Source of the DNA: Ylistrum balloti
Lineage: Eukaryota
DNA: 64,000 nucleotides
NCBI RefSeq assembly: GCF_031769215.1
Contig: NW_026782036.1
Location: 62,001-126,000, forward strand
Direction of reading: 5' to 3'
Translations under genes and position numbers: made by a program
Notes under the pieces: generated by a model
Told to the model about the DNA's origin: nothing
Seen by the model: the letters and a program-made list of their open reading frames with translations, nothing else
Database searches by the model: none
Shown: positions 24,561-38,314 of the stretch, piece by piece
How the letters are laid out: each line of letters starts with the position of its first letter
Numbering within the stretch: the first letter of the stretch is position 1

Positions 24561-27500
24561 TTCTTTCTTAAACAAAGCGCAGTATTGACTCGGTTTTATG
24601 CCCTTTTCCTTGATGCCTCGATTTTTCATACTAGACCACCAAAACTCTTCAAGAAGGCACTTCTTAGTGTCTCGTTAGCTTTATATAATTCTAATGGAGT
24701 TGTCAAAAATTTCAGTACAGTTTGGATTTATATCTGAATTTACACATGTAGAGTGCAAATCACATCAATTTGAAATTTGAAAAAATGTTATATTTTCATT
24801 GGAAATGACAAAAGATGGGCGATGTCAAATGCAATTGAAGCTGACCGAATTCTAAAGAAACTAAATCTGGACTCGCTCACTATATTACAAACCTGGCACT
24901 CGATGTACATACTGCCTCGCCAGGTATGCCCATCTGTTCTGTTACACATTATTTCTCAATTTGATGGGTAATTAGCAGTTCTTTGGAGCCATGAACTATC
25001 CACAAAACTCTGTTTCCTTAACAGAAATGAAAGTCTAATGACATTTGGCTTTATAACGTTGTTTTCTATCGATAAAAGTCGAAACAGGTGTACATTGCAA
25101 GCAATTACTGCAATTCAAATGAATATCTATGTCGGGAAAACGTCCAATTTCTATTTCTTTATGTTCAGGTTAGGCAAGAATTCGATTCTATGTATCGATT
25201 TATCTCTTTAAGAACTATTCCGGAAAGTTTATCACCGTATTCGGATCCCCTGATTGGATAACTTGAGAAAGACATTGATTGCTTATGGCAATTGGCGGTC
25301 AAAATGGCTATTGCCCGTGCGGATATACGTGTTAATATCACAACATGTTTATCGTCCAGTTCTTTCCTGAATGTTAACTGGCTGCTGTCTTAACAAAACA
25401 TGTCTATCAGAGAGTTTTGGACATGTCAGAGAATATTAGGCCTGTCAGGCTCCACGCCAGAACATTCATTATCAAGATGATATTTGGTTAAAATAGGCCG
25501 AAGTTGTACAAAAACAGTGTAAGCTTAGAAAGCGTAAACGATCACATTCAAAGCCCGGAGTTCATTACCTGTCTAGTAAAGCAACAGTAAAATAATATAC
25601 TTGATATCTTTGGATTTCGAAGAAGATTACTAAGAATATACACCAGTAGGTCTGCACTAGAGCGTGGATTAGAGATGCCAATTCGAGAGAACAGCGAGAA
25701 AAAAGTGAAACATGTAATTTCACAATTAGTAGATTGGAATGTAATTAAATATTGTCATTAGCACTAGTATGTCTCACAACTAATCGACCTTTCAGTAAGA
25801 TTTCTGATGTGATTACTCTATAGAATGACGAGGTAAGAGTACATAGTCTCAAATATATTTCTTAAAGAAGGTTGTGTATTAAGACATCCAAAAACTTGAG
25901 ATCTACAAATAAAAGAGTACCGCTTATATGATGATTTTGGGCCAAACTTATGTTGGTTTGTCGTGTTATAGTTATACGTTTTCAAATTATTGGATGGCAG
26001 AGATATACCGCCCTACGTTTGCTTTCAAAACATGTAACGAGCCACGAATAGCAACTGTATCGTGAAAAAAGACCTATATTGTCATTCCCGTCTACAAGTC
26101 ACTAAGTGTACCTTGCTGTATCTGTACTTGATTATCTCCCCTTCCTGCAAAACTTACTGAGGATGAGAGCTTACCAAGAGATCAACAGTATAAGACCGAC
26201 TTTATCCTTTATTTATTTATTGTATGTTATTTGTTTAAACTAGGTATTCTACAGACAGAGGGAAGTGTAGTTATAAGTATCTAAGGAAGGTTATATTTAG
26301 GGTATGTAACTTTTGTAGACAAATTTCCAATTTAACGGATAAATCGTATTATGAACTTTAATATCATAGGAAACTAACTAGTCCTTCCAACAACTCTACT
26401 CATCATGATCACAACTTTAACGGTCTTGATTTAAACATATTTTATTGTATCAGTTATATACAATGGATTGGGCACAAGTTATCCAACCTATATTAAGCCC
26501 TTTCCCAACAACATATTTACAAAATATACATATTCAAGGTGGCTTTTAAATATATTATAGCAAATGAGTTCTGCTGAGATGAAAGGAGAGAGTAGAAAGA
26601 GAGCGAGATGGAAAGACAGAATGTGAGGAGGGGAGGAGAGAGAGGCGGATCAAAATCTATTTGTATTAATAATAAATTGCTGAGTGTGAAGACATATTTT
26701 ACTGTTTTCGTCTTTGGATAATTCATTACTTCCATATAAGATTAGCTGCAGGTCTAATGGGATGAAATCATTTACCGGTCTGTTTTACCATATTAATGTA
26801 TTCTGGTTCTGGATGTACGTTAGCAGAACTTACAAGCTAAGATGTGAGAGTTCAAGCACCCATGGGGCAATTGAAACATCTACACAACCCGATTACAAGA
26901 ATAAAAAAAACAATTTGAAATTACGTGTGAAAAGAGGAAGACAATGTACATTCCCTATATATAATTTGTATTGGTATCGTTACCACGGAAGTTTATAATT
27001 GTCTTTTGGTTATTACGTCCCAGGATACCAAAGGAATGCCTTTAAATGAGAAGTTAATACGTTAGATTAACTTTTTAGAGTTGTCAGTCACTCAGTTGGG
27101 TGGTTGTAACATAGCGGCATGTACTTTTTACGTGGTTCATTCGAGTTTGCCAAAAAGAATTAAGTTTTAATTCCATTAGGACGCATACAGTGGTGTTTTA
27201 AATCAAAGTTTTTCATGCAAGTAATTAGGTGTTTTTATCCCAAAATGTAAAGTTAGTTTGTCATTTACTTCCAATAGAATTTAAACTTATATAAATACAT
27301 GACCCCAATGTACTAATTACAGAGGCCCAATTAAGGGTAACAGCATGCCATTACAGTACACTATATAAAGGTATGAATTATACTTTATGATTCATTTCTT
27401 GCACGTGTGTATGTGATGATTGTCAGTGTATATTATGACTTTCCGTCAATTACTCTCCGCTTGATGAGGTCTTCGCCATCCACGTTAAAAGTAGCCTTTC

Positions 27501-28625
27501 CGGTCCATGATTATTTTGATAATTTTTACGAGCAACAAAAGACCCTCTTCTGACCTCCTCGTCTCCGAGCTGTAATTGGCATCCTAGAGGAGAGTATAGC
27601 CCTTGTTACTAGCCGCTGAGATCTGTGAGCAACCATATCTTACTTTTATCGACTTCAATTGTTGGCGTAGACAAGAGAAAACATTCAAGTGTGTAATTTT
27701 TTTTTATCTATTTCCTCACGTCTTGCTTCAAAACAGAAAGTGACGTAAAATGTGTTAACTGTACAGAATGACTGTGATTTGATCACTTGATTCTCTTTCA
27801 TTATTACTATAGTATACACGCTTAATGAAATTATCAGAATTTACAGTAATCGTCATGTGTTCGTCACCTATTAACTACAGTGGTACTTCCGGTATATACA
27901 GTGGTCAGTAGTGAAAACAATACAAGCTACATTATATAAGTTGGAGAGATAGATAAAATCTATAGAAGTTTGGGATTTTAAATGTATCTATATCATTTAT
28001 ATACAAAAATGTATTGAATGCATAGATGTATGACTAAGTTAAAGCATGTTCGATAGTATATGTTCAGTGTTTACGTCAATGTTTCCTTTCATCGGCTTTT
28101 GAGAGCTACAAATTTTTTCAGACATTACTAACCGATTTTACGTTCTTTCAGTAAGGTATGTTTTTTATTACAAGAAATGCACTCTGTTCTAACAGATCAT
28201 AATTACCTGCATATATTTAATTATCTATAAGGTATTGAAAGTTTTCAGCTTTTTACGAATTGCAAGATACAGATTTCTATATGTATATGAGTATTTTACT
28301 ATCCATTAAGCTATTCTTGTAGAACGTCTGACATTTTGATAACACGAGTGTTTGAAATGAATGAAATAAGTGCCAGACATTTATATATACTAAATAAATT
28401 AGCATCCACATCTCATGGCAGTTGTCCATTAACTACTTTGAAGGTCAGAGTTCAAGCACGTTTAGGATAGGACGTGCTGAAATGCTATACATGTGCTATT
28501 CGCCCACAAAACGTACCGATTATTAAGGATACATGTAAAAGGTCTTAATACCCAACTCTCGTTATTTCATTGAAAATGTTTTTACAAAAGCATGTCGTGA
28601 TACTTACACAGAACTCCGGACAGCC

Positions 28626-28980
28626 ATTTCCTATGATATTACACTACTTCCTATCATTCGGAAGACACTTTCCTATGATATTACACTACTTCCTATCATT
28701 CGGAAAACACTACACTATTTCCTATCATTAGGAAGACACTTTCCTATGTTATAACACTACTTCCTATCATTCGGAAGACACTTTCCTATGTTGTTACACT
28801 ACTTCCTATCATTCGGAAGACACTTTCCTATGTTATTGCACTACTTCCTATCATTCGGAAGACATTTTCCTATGTTATTACACTACTTCCTATCATTCGG
28901 AAGACATTTTCCTATGTTATAACACTACTTCCTATCATTCGGAAGACATTTTCCTATGTTATTACACTACTTACTATCAT
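28626..28980. repeat. Tandem minisatellite, 42-bp unit (TTTCCTATG(A/T)TATTACACTACTTCCTATCATTCGGAAGACA(C/T)), about 8.4 copies
   Basis: Unit read directly. TTCCTAT occurs twice per unit. Confidence 0.95.
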
Positions 28981-30087
28981 TAAACGCAGAAGTCATCAGC
29001 AGTACTTTGTCTTCGAGTGTGATCGCAGTCTGTACAGTAATCAGTCTATGACATGTACATGTTTATACTAAATCTTTTATTTATGTTGATAAGTAAGCTA
29101 TTATCAATTTTAATAGTAAAATATTTGTTCGTGTTATACTAGTATCATCGGATTTTTTTGTTTGAATTTTCTTGATAGTTCTCCCAAAAGCCCATCCAAT
29201 TATTAGTGGCTTAAAGCCTATTTGTTTGTCCAGCAGATAGGCGTAAATAAATTATGCAAGATATCCCTTTTGCATAATTAAAAGAGGCAACGAAATCTGG
29301 GATCTTTCCTATATCTTAAACATCTTGTTTTCCCTTTTTGAAGCCTCACTTTGACAGGTGTATCTATGTAGTATTGAGTGATGATCCCTTCAAGGTAATG
29401 TTATGGTTTCTATTTCTCTTGACCGACACGGTCAGATGTGACCGGATGGTTGTCTTGTTACCGTGTCAATCTTAGGACATTTCATAACGATAACACTGTA
29501 AAAACATCATTGAGTGACCTCATTATCACTGAGTACCCTCTTCTTATATAGCATTGGCTGTTGACAGAATATAAACCCCAAAGGTTTATAGTCCCGCTTG
29601 TGTGCAACTTCCTAAAAGGACTACATCATATATATAGATCAATACCTTTTTGACATCCAAAGTCTTGGCAGATGACGATTACATGGTGTTTTTTTTTTAA
29701 GAAAAACTGTACTTGAAATATGTAACTAAATTAAGGGTTTTATTTAAGTTTATAAATAAATAAGAAAACAAATAATCAGGCTCAGTGTAGCCCGAGCTTA
29801 AAAACATTCACTATTAATAGGTACTTTGATTATTTACGTTTGAAATATTTTTATGATATGCTATGTGCCAAGCGTATATCTTGCAAAATCAAAATGTACT
29901 GGTATGTGCCACATGTTATAAGCTTAGAATCTGGCATCTCCGATTTCAAATTCCAGAAATACATGGATTTAAATGGCAGATTCAAGGAATTTCGTGAATT
30001 TTTGTTCTTGACCTTTGAACTTGTACAGACCTTGAGAGATGCATTTATTGTAATCACAGTGCCTAAGCGCTTCAGAGAAACACAACA

Positions 30088-30103
30088 CAGCGCCCTCTGG
30101 GGG
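30088..30103 (-). promoter_or_regulatory. CTCF-like motif
   Basis: The minus strand reads CCCCCAGAGGGCGCTG, one mismatch from CCACCAGAGGGCGCTG, which fits the bilaterian CTCF core. Single site, binding untested. Confidence 0.4.
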
Positions 30104-30637
30104 AAGTCATTACGCTATCGTAAACAAACGCAATGTGCTGACAGCAGGGCTTCGGGGTTCATTTACATGCTTCGACTTCATATTTTATTGTTTTTAAGTA
30201 CAGTAATGTGAACACGCACAGTTTTATCAACATGATTTGAACTATGGTCCTAAAAAATTAAACAAACGAGATAGTGGAGAAAGTCTTCTCGTTTTATGGG
30301 AAATATGATAGTTCACAAAGATATGTAAGATCAAGTAAGGATAACATGTCAAAAAAAGGAAGACAAGACAGTTGAGCGAAAGAAAACATAATAAAAAAAG
30401 GAAAGGATACGAAAAACATTTCACTTTATCATAAACTCCTTTCTTTTCAGCACACTATATCATATACAAATGTAGTTTGGGGTGTTAACGTGTTCAATGG
30501 AAGTATTTCATGAAGAATTGTAATATTTTATCCTAAATGTGCTGTTCATTTACAATACATGTACTGTTTTATCACATAAATGGTCTTATCACAGGAGTTT
30601 CTATCTGTATGTATTACTAGTGTTGTCTATCCAGCAG

Positions 30638-30722
30638 GGATTGGCAGGGAATCGACTGTGACGTCATGTTATATGGACGATAACGTTATGTAATGAATTG
30701 AGAATGCCGCAACAGATTGGCT
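30638..30722. promoter_or_regulatory. Perfect CRE (TGACGTCA, 30659-30666) flanked by two reverse CCAAT boxes (GATTGGC)
   Basis: Motifs read directly. Function is inferred. Confidence 0.3.
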
Positions 30723-31329
30723 GCCTCCGTTTGATTTTGTCCTCTATATTTTAACAGTAAAACCTATCAAAATGTAACTTTATTGAGTTAATGTGTCATT
30801 TCACTAGAAATTGGAGTAAAATTTGGTGTCAATTTTCATCCAAATTTAGACAGTTCAACCTATTGCTCCCGGTAAGGAACATTCATGCTGATTGTGAAAC
30901 TGATCTTTTCAGCTTGTACCGCACACCATCATTATCCGCAATATCTACAGGGAAAAAGTCTGGAAAATGTCAGTTTCAGCGCGAAACTTATTACCCAACA
31001 TAATCTTCCTACTTCAAAAATGCGTTTGAAAAGTCAGTGGATAACGCTCCGAGCAAAGTTGAATTGAAATTCCAAACATCAAAAAAGAAAAATAAAGAGA
31101 TTAACTTTTATCGTTCATGTCGAAATTTGATATTCAGTAAATCCATTTAGGTGCTGATATCAAACTTTCAAATTGAAATGTTTGTTCATTTCGTACATTA
31201 TTTGATTGTCAGATTAAACAAGTGCTTGCAGTAAAAGTAATAAATGGTGGCTATAACAATGCAATTCTTGCAAAATTTTGTCTTAAAATGCAATCAATCT
31301 TAAATAATCTGCCGATTTGCATATTTTTT

Positions 31330-31650
31330 CCTCTCTGCACGTGATTCTCATGTTATACTAGATCTAAATTTCCCTTGGGATTAGACAGACGGCCATTTTT
31401 ATACCACTTCTATAACCTAGCGTCGGCGCCTCTTTCCTAATCAATCTCATCTCCCTGCACGTGCGCGTGAATCTTAATTGAATTTACAAAGGTTTAATTT
31501 AATTTGTCATATTTCCATAGCGCTTACTTTCGGTTCAGTAGTACTTATGCCTGTGCTGTATGTCCTGATAATTCGGCCGATCTAGCCGCACTAAAAACCG
31601 AGTCGCTTACTACGGGATGCGCGTGCGGGATGTAGTATACCTGCTGTTTT
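31330..31650. promoter_or_regulatory. CpG-enriched candidate promoter or enhancer
   Basis: Local CpG enrichment with two CACGTG E-boxes, a YY1-like GGCCATTTT and an NRF1-like TGCGCGTGCGGG (31618-31629). Confidence 0.3.
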
Positions 31651-34600
31651 GTTAAATGGTTAAAGTATACCATCGAGATAGACAATCTCCTAAACTTGTA
31701 CCAAACAACCTTGGAACTGTAAATATAGAAGTTCTCTGTCGGAACATAGATATATATTACAGATGTTCATATACGTGTGTTCCACATAATGTTCACCTCT
31801 ATTTATCTACTTGTTTTTCCTTCCAGACTTCAGCACAGACGGAGTTTTATCGAGAATGTATTTCAAATTGACCCCATGCTAATGAATATCTGAAGAGACC
31901 AAGCACGTTTTTGTGCGCCTTACTGAGTGCGTGTTTTATTGGTTTGCACTAAAGCTACACTTTATAACAATTTCAGAATAGAAGTAATAAATAATATATA
32001 CGAAAGTACAAAAAGACGGCGTGACAAAAAAAGGATAATTGTTAATGAGTTAATGAATTTTTCCCCGAAGATTACGAACGTTACTAACAGTCTATTACAA
32101 TTAAACGATAAATACACTGTAATATTGCTCCTTTGTGCGGTTCAGATTTCTGTTTGAGTTGCATATTGCTTAACGTTCTGTTATTATCAATGGTTATAAA
32201 TAAATGGTCCCTGGAGCGGTCATTTTATATATGTTGTGCTATATATATAAACATGAAATGGTTTTTGACATTTGACTATCCGATATAGATTCAAACTCCA
32301 CTATAGATCAATATTAGTTACTCTGTCGTGTCCAGACCAGAGCCATGCCGAGGTATTGTGATGTTTACTTATAAAACGCTGCTAGTCCTTACGGTATTGT
32401 TATGTTGACTGGGTAATACTAATTATTACATATTTTTATTAAATAGTCGTCGGCGGTTTTCTTTCGAATCCGATAATTCATGGTGACTGACAGTACTGGA
32501 GAATTGTGAATGACCATATGTCATATACTTACCACAGAAGTTTATGTTTTAGACGGCATTGTACGTCAGTTATACGCAATTGCAGAATATAGCTAAGACA
32601 CACACACTCAATTTCCATTAGCTTGAAATCGACACTCAGACAAATATCTGTCTGCAAATAAACGAGATATATTCCTAACGTACCTTATCTATCCAGGTTA
32701 GATTCAGCTCACATCTTATTATTTTTGTTTTCTTAAAAAGTGATTTATTTGGAACCAAATGACACACTTATTTGGTTTGATGTTAAATTACATGTAGTTG
32801 TGACTTATTTTTTTATAACTACATACTATACTGTCGGTCTACAGCTTGTCGTGTAGGTACTTAAGTTGTAACTAGTACGTAACGCTGACACGAGCCCGTA
32901 CAGTCTTCGGAACCCGGATGATCTATTGTTTCACCGATATTGTCAGGTATTAAATCAGAATTAAATCGTCAAAGCGAACGTTTTGAAATGATAATTTTCA
33001 ATATCCACACCATTACGTTGTTTAATGATAGTAAAACTATCAGTCATCTGTCACAAGTGATCTATTGTCGATCACGCCCACTTTTTGTATACACGCATAT
33101 ATATCATTTCTATGTGACTGATCCGGACCCTCATGTGTCTGTATTCTACATATATACATCACCTTACATAGCTCGATGATCACACAAAGAAAGAAATGAA
33201 TTGCCAGGTAAATCTGATGTTAGATCACAACATTGCTGCATTTAATTAATCATTTTTTGACTAGAACACATGTTATAATCCAGAAATACGAGTTATCATA
33301 TAAAAAAGGCTCGATGAATCGAATATATAAAACCAAAAAAAGCACAGCTTTAAAACAATTCCAAGGTTATGCTTGAAAAGGTTTCTGGTTTTCATTATAT
33401 TTAACAGCTACACTAAATTATATAACAATAACAGCAGAAATGCCCAACCAACAATGATCAAGACCTCTTAATTACGAAAGAAAGCAACATCATAAAATAA
33501 ATAGATAAATAAACAACAACTGTCACACACGTGTAATTAAAAAATTCAATAAAAACACGAGTAACATAAATTAAAAATAATTTACTTTCACAACAAGTTG
33601 ATGCGATGGTGTGTTGTCCGTCGTTCATCCATCAACTCCTTTCATTTAAGACTACTCCTCCTGATCGCGCAAGCAGATTTTAACAAACATGAAAATTCAA
33701 ACATGTTTTCTAGAAATAAATGGTGGATGACACTCACGGGGCAGGAAGAATGGGAACGAATTAACATAGAAAATTTGTATTCATCATTCTTATATTATAT
33801 TCAGGGATAGGCCCTATGTACCTCTTGTTTTAATGATACATTTTTTTCAAAAAAGTGGAAAAAATAGAAAGAAGGGAGAACAAAATCTGGAGCGACATGT
33901 CACTCAAAAATAGGCTTACTATACAGAAAGGATTTCACATATTCAGTAATGTTTCCATTTGTCTGTCACTCCTGATCACAAAGGTCGCGTTTGACAATAA
34001 AATCGAAATCCTCTGGTCGTTAAAGGGCCGTTGGGAGTATCGCTATCTCGTTAGTAGAGGCCAGTTATAATTGGCTTGGGGGGTGAAAAGTTCACATTTA
34101 AGAATTATTTCTTTAATAGAATGCGTCGTTTTATTGTAAATGAGTTATCAATATCCATACTGAACCGTGTGTGTGGTATAATTCCATAAAAACAAGAATG
34201 AGATATTCGATGCGTTATTTTACTAATCGCTTGTAAGAATCCTCGCTGTTGAACTCATTGCTATTATCAGAACTTAACTTCTTTGACAGTCCTTCTAGTG
34301 ACAAATGAAACTCGTACATTATAGATGTATACTAAATCCTGAATTGTTTCATGTTTTTAACTCGGGTTTAATGAACTCATTTTTTCTTCACGGGAATCGA
34401 ATCCTTGTCGTCATAGTAAAAGAGTTCAGATCCATTATCCGAACTGCAAGTATTCGAATTATGATCTTTCACAATACAATGCTTCTATGTCTAGAGTAGA
34501 CGGAGAGGTGGGGAGATGAGGAGGAGGAGGAGGAGAACGGGATATATCTATTGTCATTTTCTGTATTTGTTAATTTTGATTTGTATAGCTAAAACCACAT

Positions 34601-35429
34601 GTCCGCGATTTGCATGTAGCTTGTAATATTATATTCTTCTGTAATTCAGTTAGATAGAGTTGAATGCACAGAGAAGACAGTTAGAATCTGCAGAATTCAA
34701 GGACATAGCTCGTAACATTGTTAACAGTGGGACCTAACCCGGTACTTTCGCTGTTATAACTGGTTAATAAAATTCCCCGAGGATACGTCACAATTCAATA
34801 CGAGATTGTCCCCAATAAATTAAGGTATGGCTCCCTTGACGGATGTTGAATTAAATGCTGCTCCCTGGATTGTGCTCGTGGATACATATACAAGTGTCCA
34901 TTCTGATACTCTATTTGGAAACCATCTTGCAAACGTTAATTTGATTTCCTAGTCTGTCATACAAACTTCTCTAGAAACAGGCAACGTTTGCAACACATAG
35001 ACGCAAAATATATTTCAGCGCGAGCATGGTCCTCAGAGACAATTTAGCTCAATAGGGGAATAGCATGTTCTCCCGCGCTTTAGAAAGCGGAAATATTCGT
35101 GACTAGGGAATATCCAATCGCTTCAAAATGGGAAATTTGAAAAGTTTGGTAAGTGTTTTCTTGTTTGTTTCTAATCTACATTTGATATATACAGTCTTTT
35201 ATCACAATCAGTCGTTCAGTGTTAGGCATGGAATTGAAGAAATCTAGGTTTCTTCTAAGGTGTAAACCTTTTTAAAGTCCCGTTGAAAATTACTAATCAA
35301 ATATTGCTTTCTTGTATCAAAGTATTTTTTAATTGTAAAATTTGAAAGCTGTCAATATCAGTTAAGGTTTTCCTCATCAAGGGTCACCTTAACTTATTAT
35401 CAGTTTTTCTGTTGTCTGGCTATCGTGAC

Positions 35430-35857
35430 AATAATCTGAATGCTACTAGCTATTCTGCTAATCTCCCCAATAATCTGAATATTGCTAGTTATTCTGCTAA
35501 TCTCCCCAATAATCTGAATGTTGCTAGTTATTCTGCTAATCTCCCAATAATCTGAATATTGCTAGTTATTCTGCTAATCTCCCCAATAATCTGAATGCTA
35601 CTAGCTATTCTGCTAATCTCCCCAATAATCTTAATGCTGCTAGTTATTCTGCTAATCTCCCCAATAATCTGAATGTTGCTAGCTATTCTGCTAATCTCCC
35701 CAATAATCTGAATGCTACTAGCTATTCTGCTAATCTCCCCAATAATCTGAATGTTGCTAGTTATTCTGCTAATCTCCCCAATAATCTAAATGTTGCTAGT
35801 TATTCTGCTAATCTCCCCAATAATCTGAATGTTGCTAGTTATTCTGCTAATCCCCCC
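35430..35857. repeat. Tandem minisatellite, 39-bp unit (AATAATCTGAAT(G/A)(C/T)T(A/G)CTAG(C/T)TATTCTGCTAATCTCCCC), 11 copies
   Basis: Unit read directly. Copies are very similar. Confidence 0.96.
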
Positions 35858-35943
35858 ACACCTATAACTACCGTGCTTCGTTTTTGTCCATCATTATCCA
35901 ATAGGCTTGTATTGCTTCGTAACGCATGGAATTCACGTCATCA

Positions 35944-36640
35944 CGTAGGATTTCATTGTTTGAAGGATTTCGCTGATCGATGACGATAGATTAATCACAT
36001 CTTGTTGAAGGATTTCGTTGACTGATGGCGATAAATTGCATCGCATCTTTTTGTCGGATTTCGTTGATCCATGACGATAGATGTCATCGCGTCTTTTTGA
36101 AGGATTTCGCTGATCGATGACGATAGATTTCATCGCATCTTTTTGTAGGATTTCGCTGATCGATGATGATAGATTTCATCGCATCTTTTTAAGGATTTCG
36201 CTGATCGATGACGATAAATTTCATCGCGTCTTTTTGTAGGATTTCGCTGATCGATGACGATAGATTTTATCGCATCTCTTTGTAGGATTTCGCTGATCGA
36301 TGACGATAGATTCCATCTCGTCTTTTTTAAGGATTTCGCTGATCGATGACGATAGATTTCATCGCATCTTTTTGTAGGATTTCGCTGATCGATGATGATA
36401 GATTTCATCGCATCTTTTTAAGGATTTCGCTGATCGATGACGATAGATTTCATCGCGTCTTTTTGCAGGGTTTCGCTGATCGATGACGATAGATTTCATC
36501 TCGTCTTTTTGTAGGATTTCGCTGATCGATGACGATAGATTTCATCTCGTCTTTTTGTAGGATTTCGCTGATCGATGACGATAGATTTCATCGCATCTTT
36601 TTGTAGGATTTCGCTGATCGATGATTATAAGATTTCGTTG
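35944..36640. repeat. Tandem minisatellite, about 46-bp CpG-rich unit (GGATTTCGCTGATCGATGACGATAGATTTCATCGC(A/G)TCTTTTTGTA), about 15 copies
   Basis: Unit read directly. Length varies with the T run. Confidence 0.96.
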
Positions 36641-38230
36641 CACCATTACTCATAACCTGTTGCGTCATTACCTTGGATTTTGTGGCACCGCTTTTAAAAA
36701 GTCCGTTCTTGTGAATGTTTACCGCTATATCACAGTAGAAGACGATTTTATTCTTATCCAATTGTACTACTTGTGTACAAAGTGCAATGCGATTTGACAG
36801 AATTGTTAAATATTGCATATTTTATTACCCTAGACGATAAAGACGTTTGAATCTTTAAAATGCTCAAACGAGTTCTCTCACAAGATGTTTAAAGTGAACT
36901 AACAGGATTTAAAATTAAATGTGATAGGAAACCACATCAAAACTTAATGTTTTTGCATTCACAATCATAAATTAGATAAAAAATGACTTAATTACTACCT
37001 AACTCCAGAAAGGCTATATGCTTTCCTGGGCTACAGACTACCTGAGAATTTATCAAATGAAAAAAAAATGTTTAAACAGTCGACTGTGTCTGTTTTCTGT
37101 ATATCCGTTTTTCTCTTTCCCCCTTTTCTGGGGGTGGGATGGGTGGGTGGGGGTTAAAACCATTTGACGCATCAGGAACTTTTCAGACACTACAGGTAAA
37201 AGTGTTCGTAATTTGATGGAATTTCTGCTTTCACAAACACAGACAAATGCTATGAAAGTAGTTTATAGACATATGGACATGGCTGTTGCAAAGACGTTAA
37301 CACACAAACAAATAATAAGATTTTGGGTTAGTAGACTCGGAAAAGACCATTTGTGGCATTTTGGATCTAGTTATGTATGTGTTAAGAAATGGAGTGTTTG
37401 TGTAGCCTATGACGGAGTCCATTTTGAAAAAAAATATGTAATGTTTTTTTGTCTTTTATGAAGAATGTACACTTTAAAAGCTAAGGTTGTAGGGAAAGAA
37501 CAATAACATTCAGATGATAAATGACGAGATTTATCACAGAGACTTTAAATATTTTGTGTGCAAATCAACAGAAAAATCCATTTAAATAATGTCCGCCTGC
37601 CCTGGCCTGACACCAGTGTTTTCCATATTTATCGAAAACACTGTCAGCAAAGCTAGAAGATTAAAATATTATTTTAATATTTAAAAGAGACACTTCCGTG
37701 TATGATTTAAAATATGACTAACAAGATTTATGCTGTTTTGTTTTTCGATTTTCCTATTTCCTTGAGAACGGGAAACAGCTGCTGTAGAGATGCACGCGCT
37801 TGTCATGTGTGTCTTGTCTTCACACCAATCAACCGCCACCCACACTCTCATGACTGAATTAAGTGATACCTGTATGCCATTATAACTAATCAACATTAAG
37901 TTTATATGCTGTAACATGTAACCTGTAATAACAGGAAGCGTTAGAAATTACCATTACACATACATAGCTAAGACAGCTTAGGCAATCGGTGTAACTGTAC
38001 AGGTAAATCGTAGAGAATTTTGAAGACGATAATCAACATACAATGCGTTGTGAGGAACATGTTCGTATGATGGGGAATATTGTGTGTATTAATGTATCAA
38101 GGTATATACAATAAGGGTGAATAAAGACCAGTCTTGGTCTGTATAAACAAAAAAGATCAAAATTCAAAAGAAAGAAACTTTATGCTGTATAAGCATTGTA
38201 CATTGTTTCGAGGTGTACATAACGGAGAAA

Positions 38231-38314
38231 ATTGGCGTCAACATATTACAATTATCGATATATAGGTACATCATTGGCGTCAACATATTACAATTATCGA
38301 TATATAGGTACATC
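38231..38314. repeat. Perfect 42-bp tandem duplication
   Basis: ATTGGCGTCAACATATTACAATTATCGATATATAGGTACATC at 38231-38272 and 38273-38314. Confidence 0.95.

Noticed and set aside
35933-36818. Arg/Lys-rich minus-strand ORFs
   Set aside because: They are translations of the 46-bp array.
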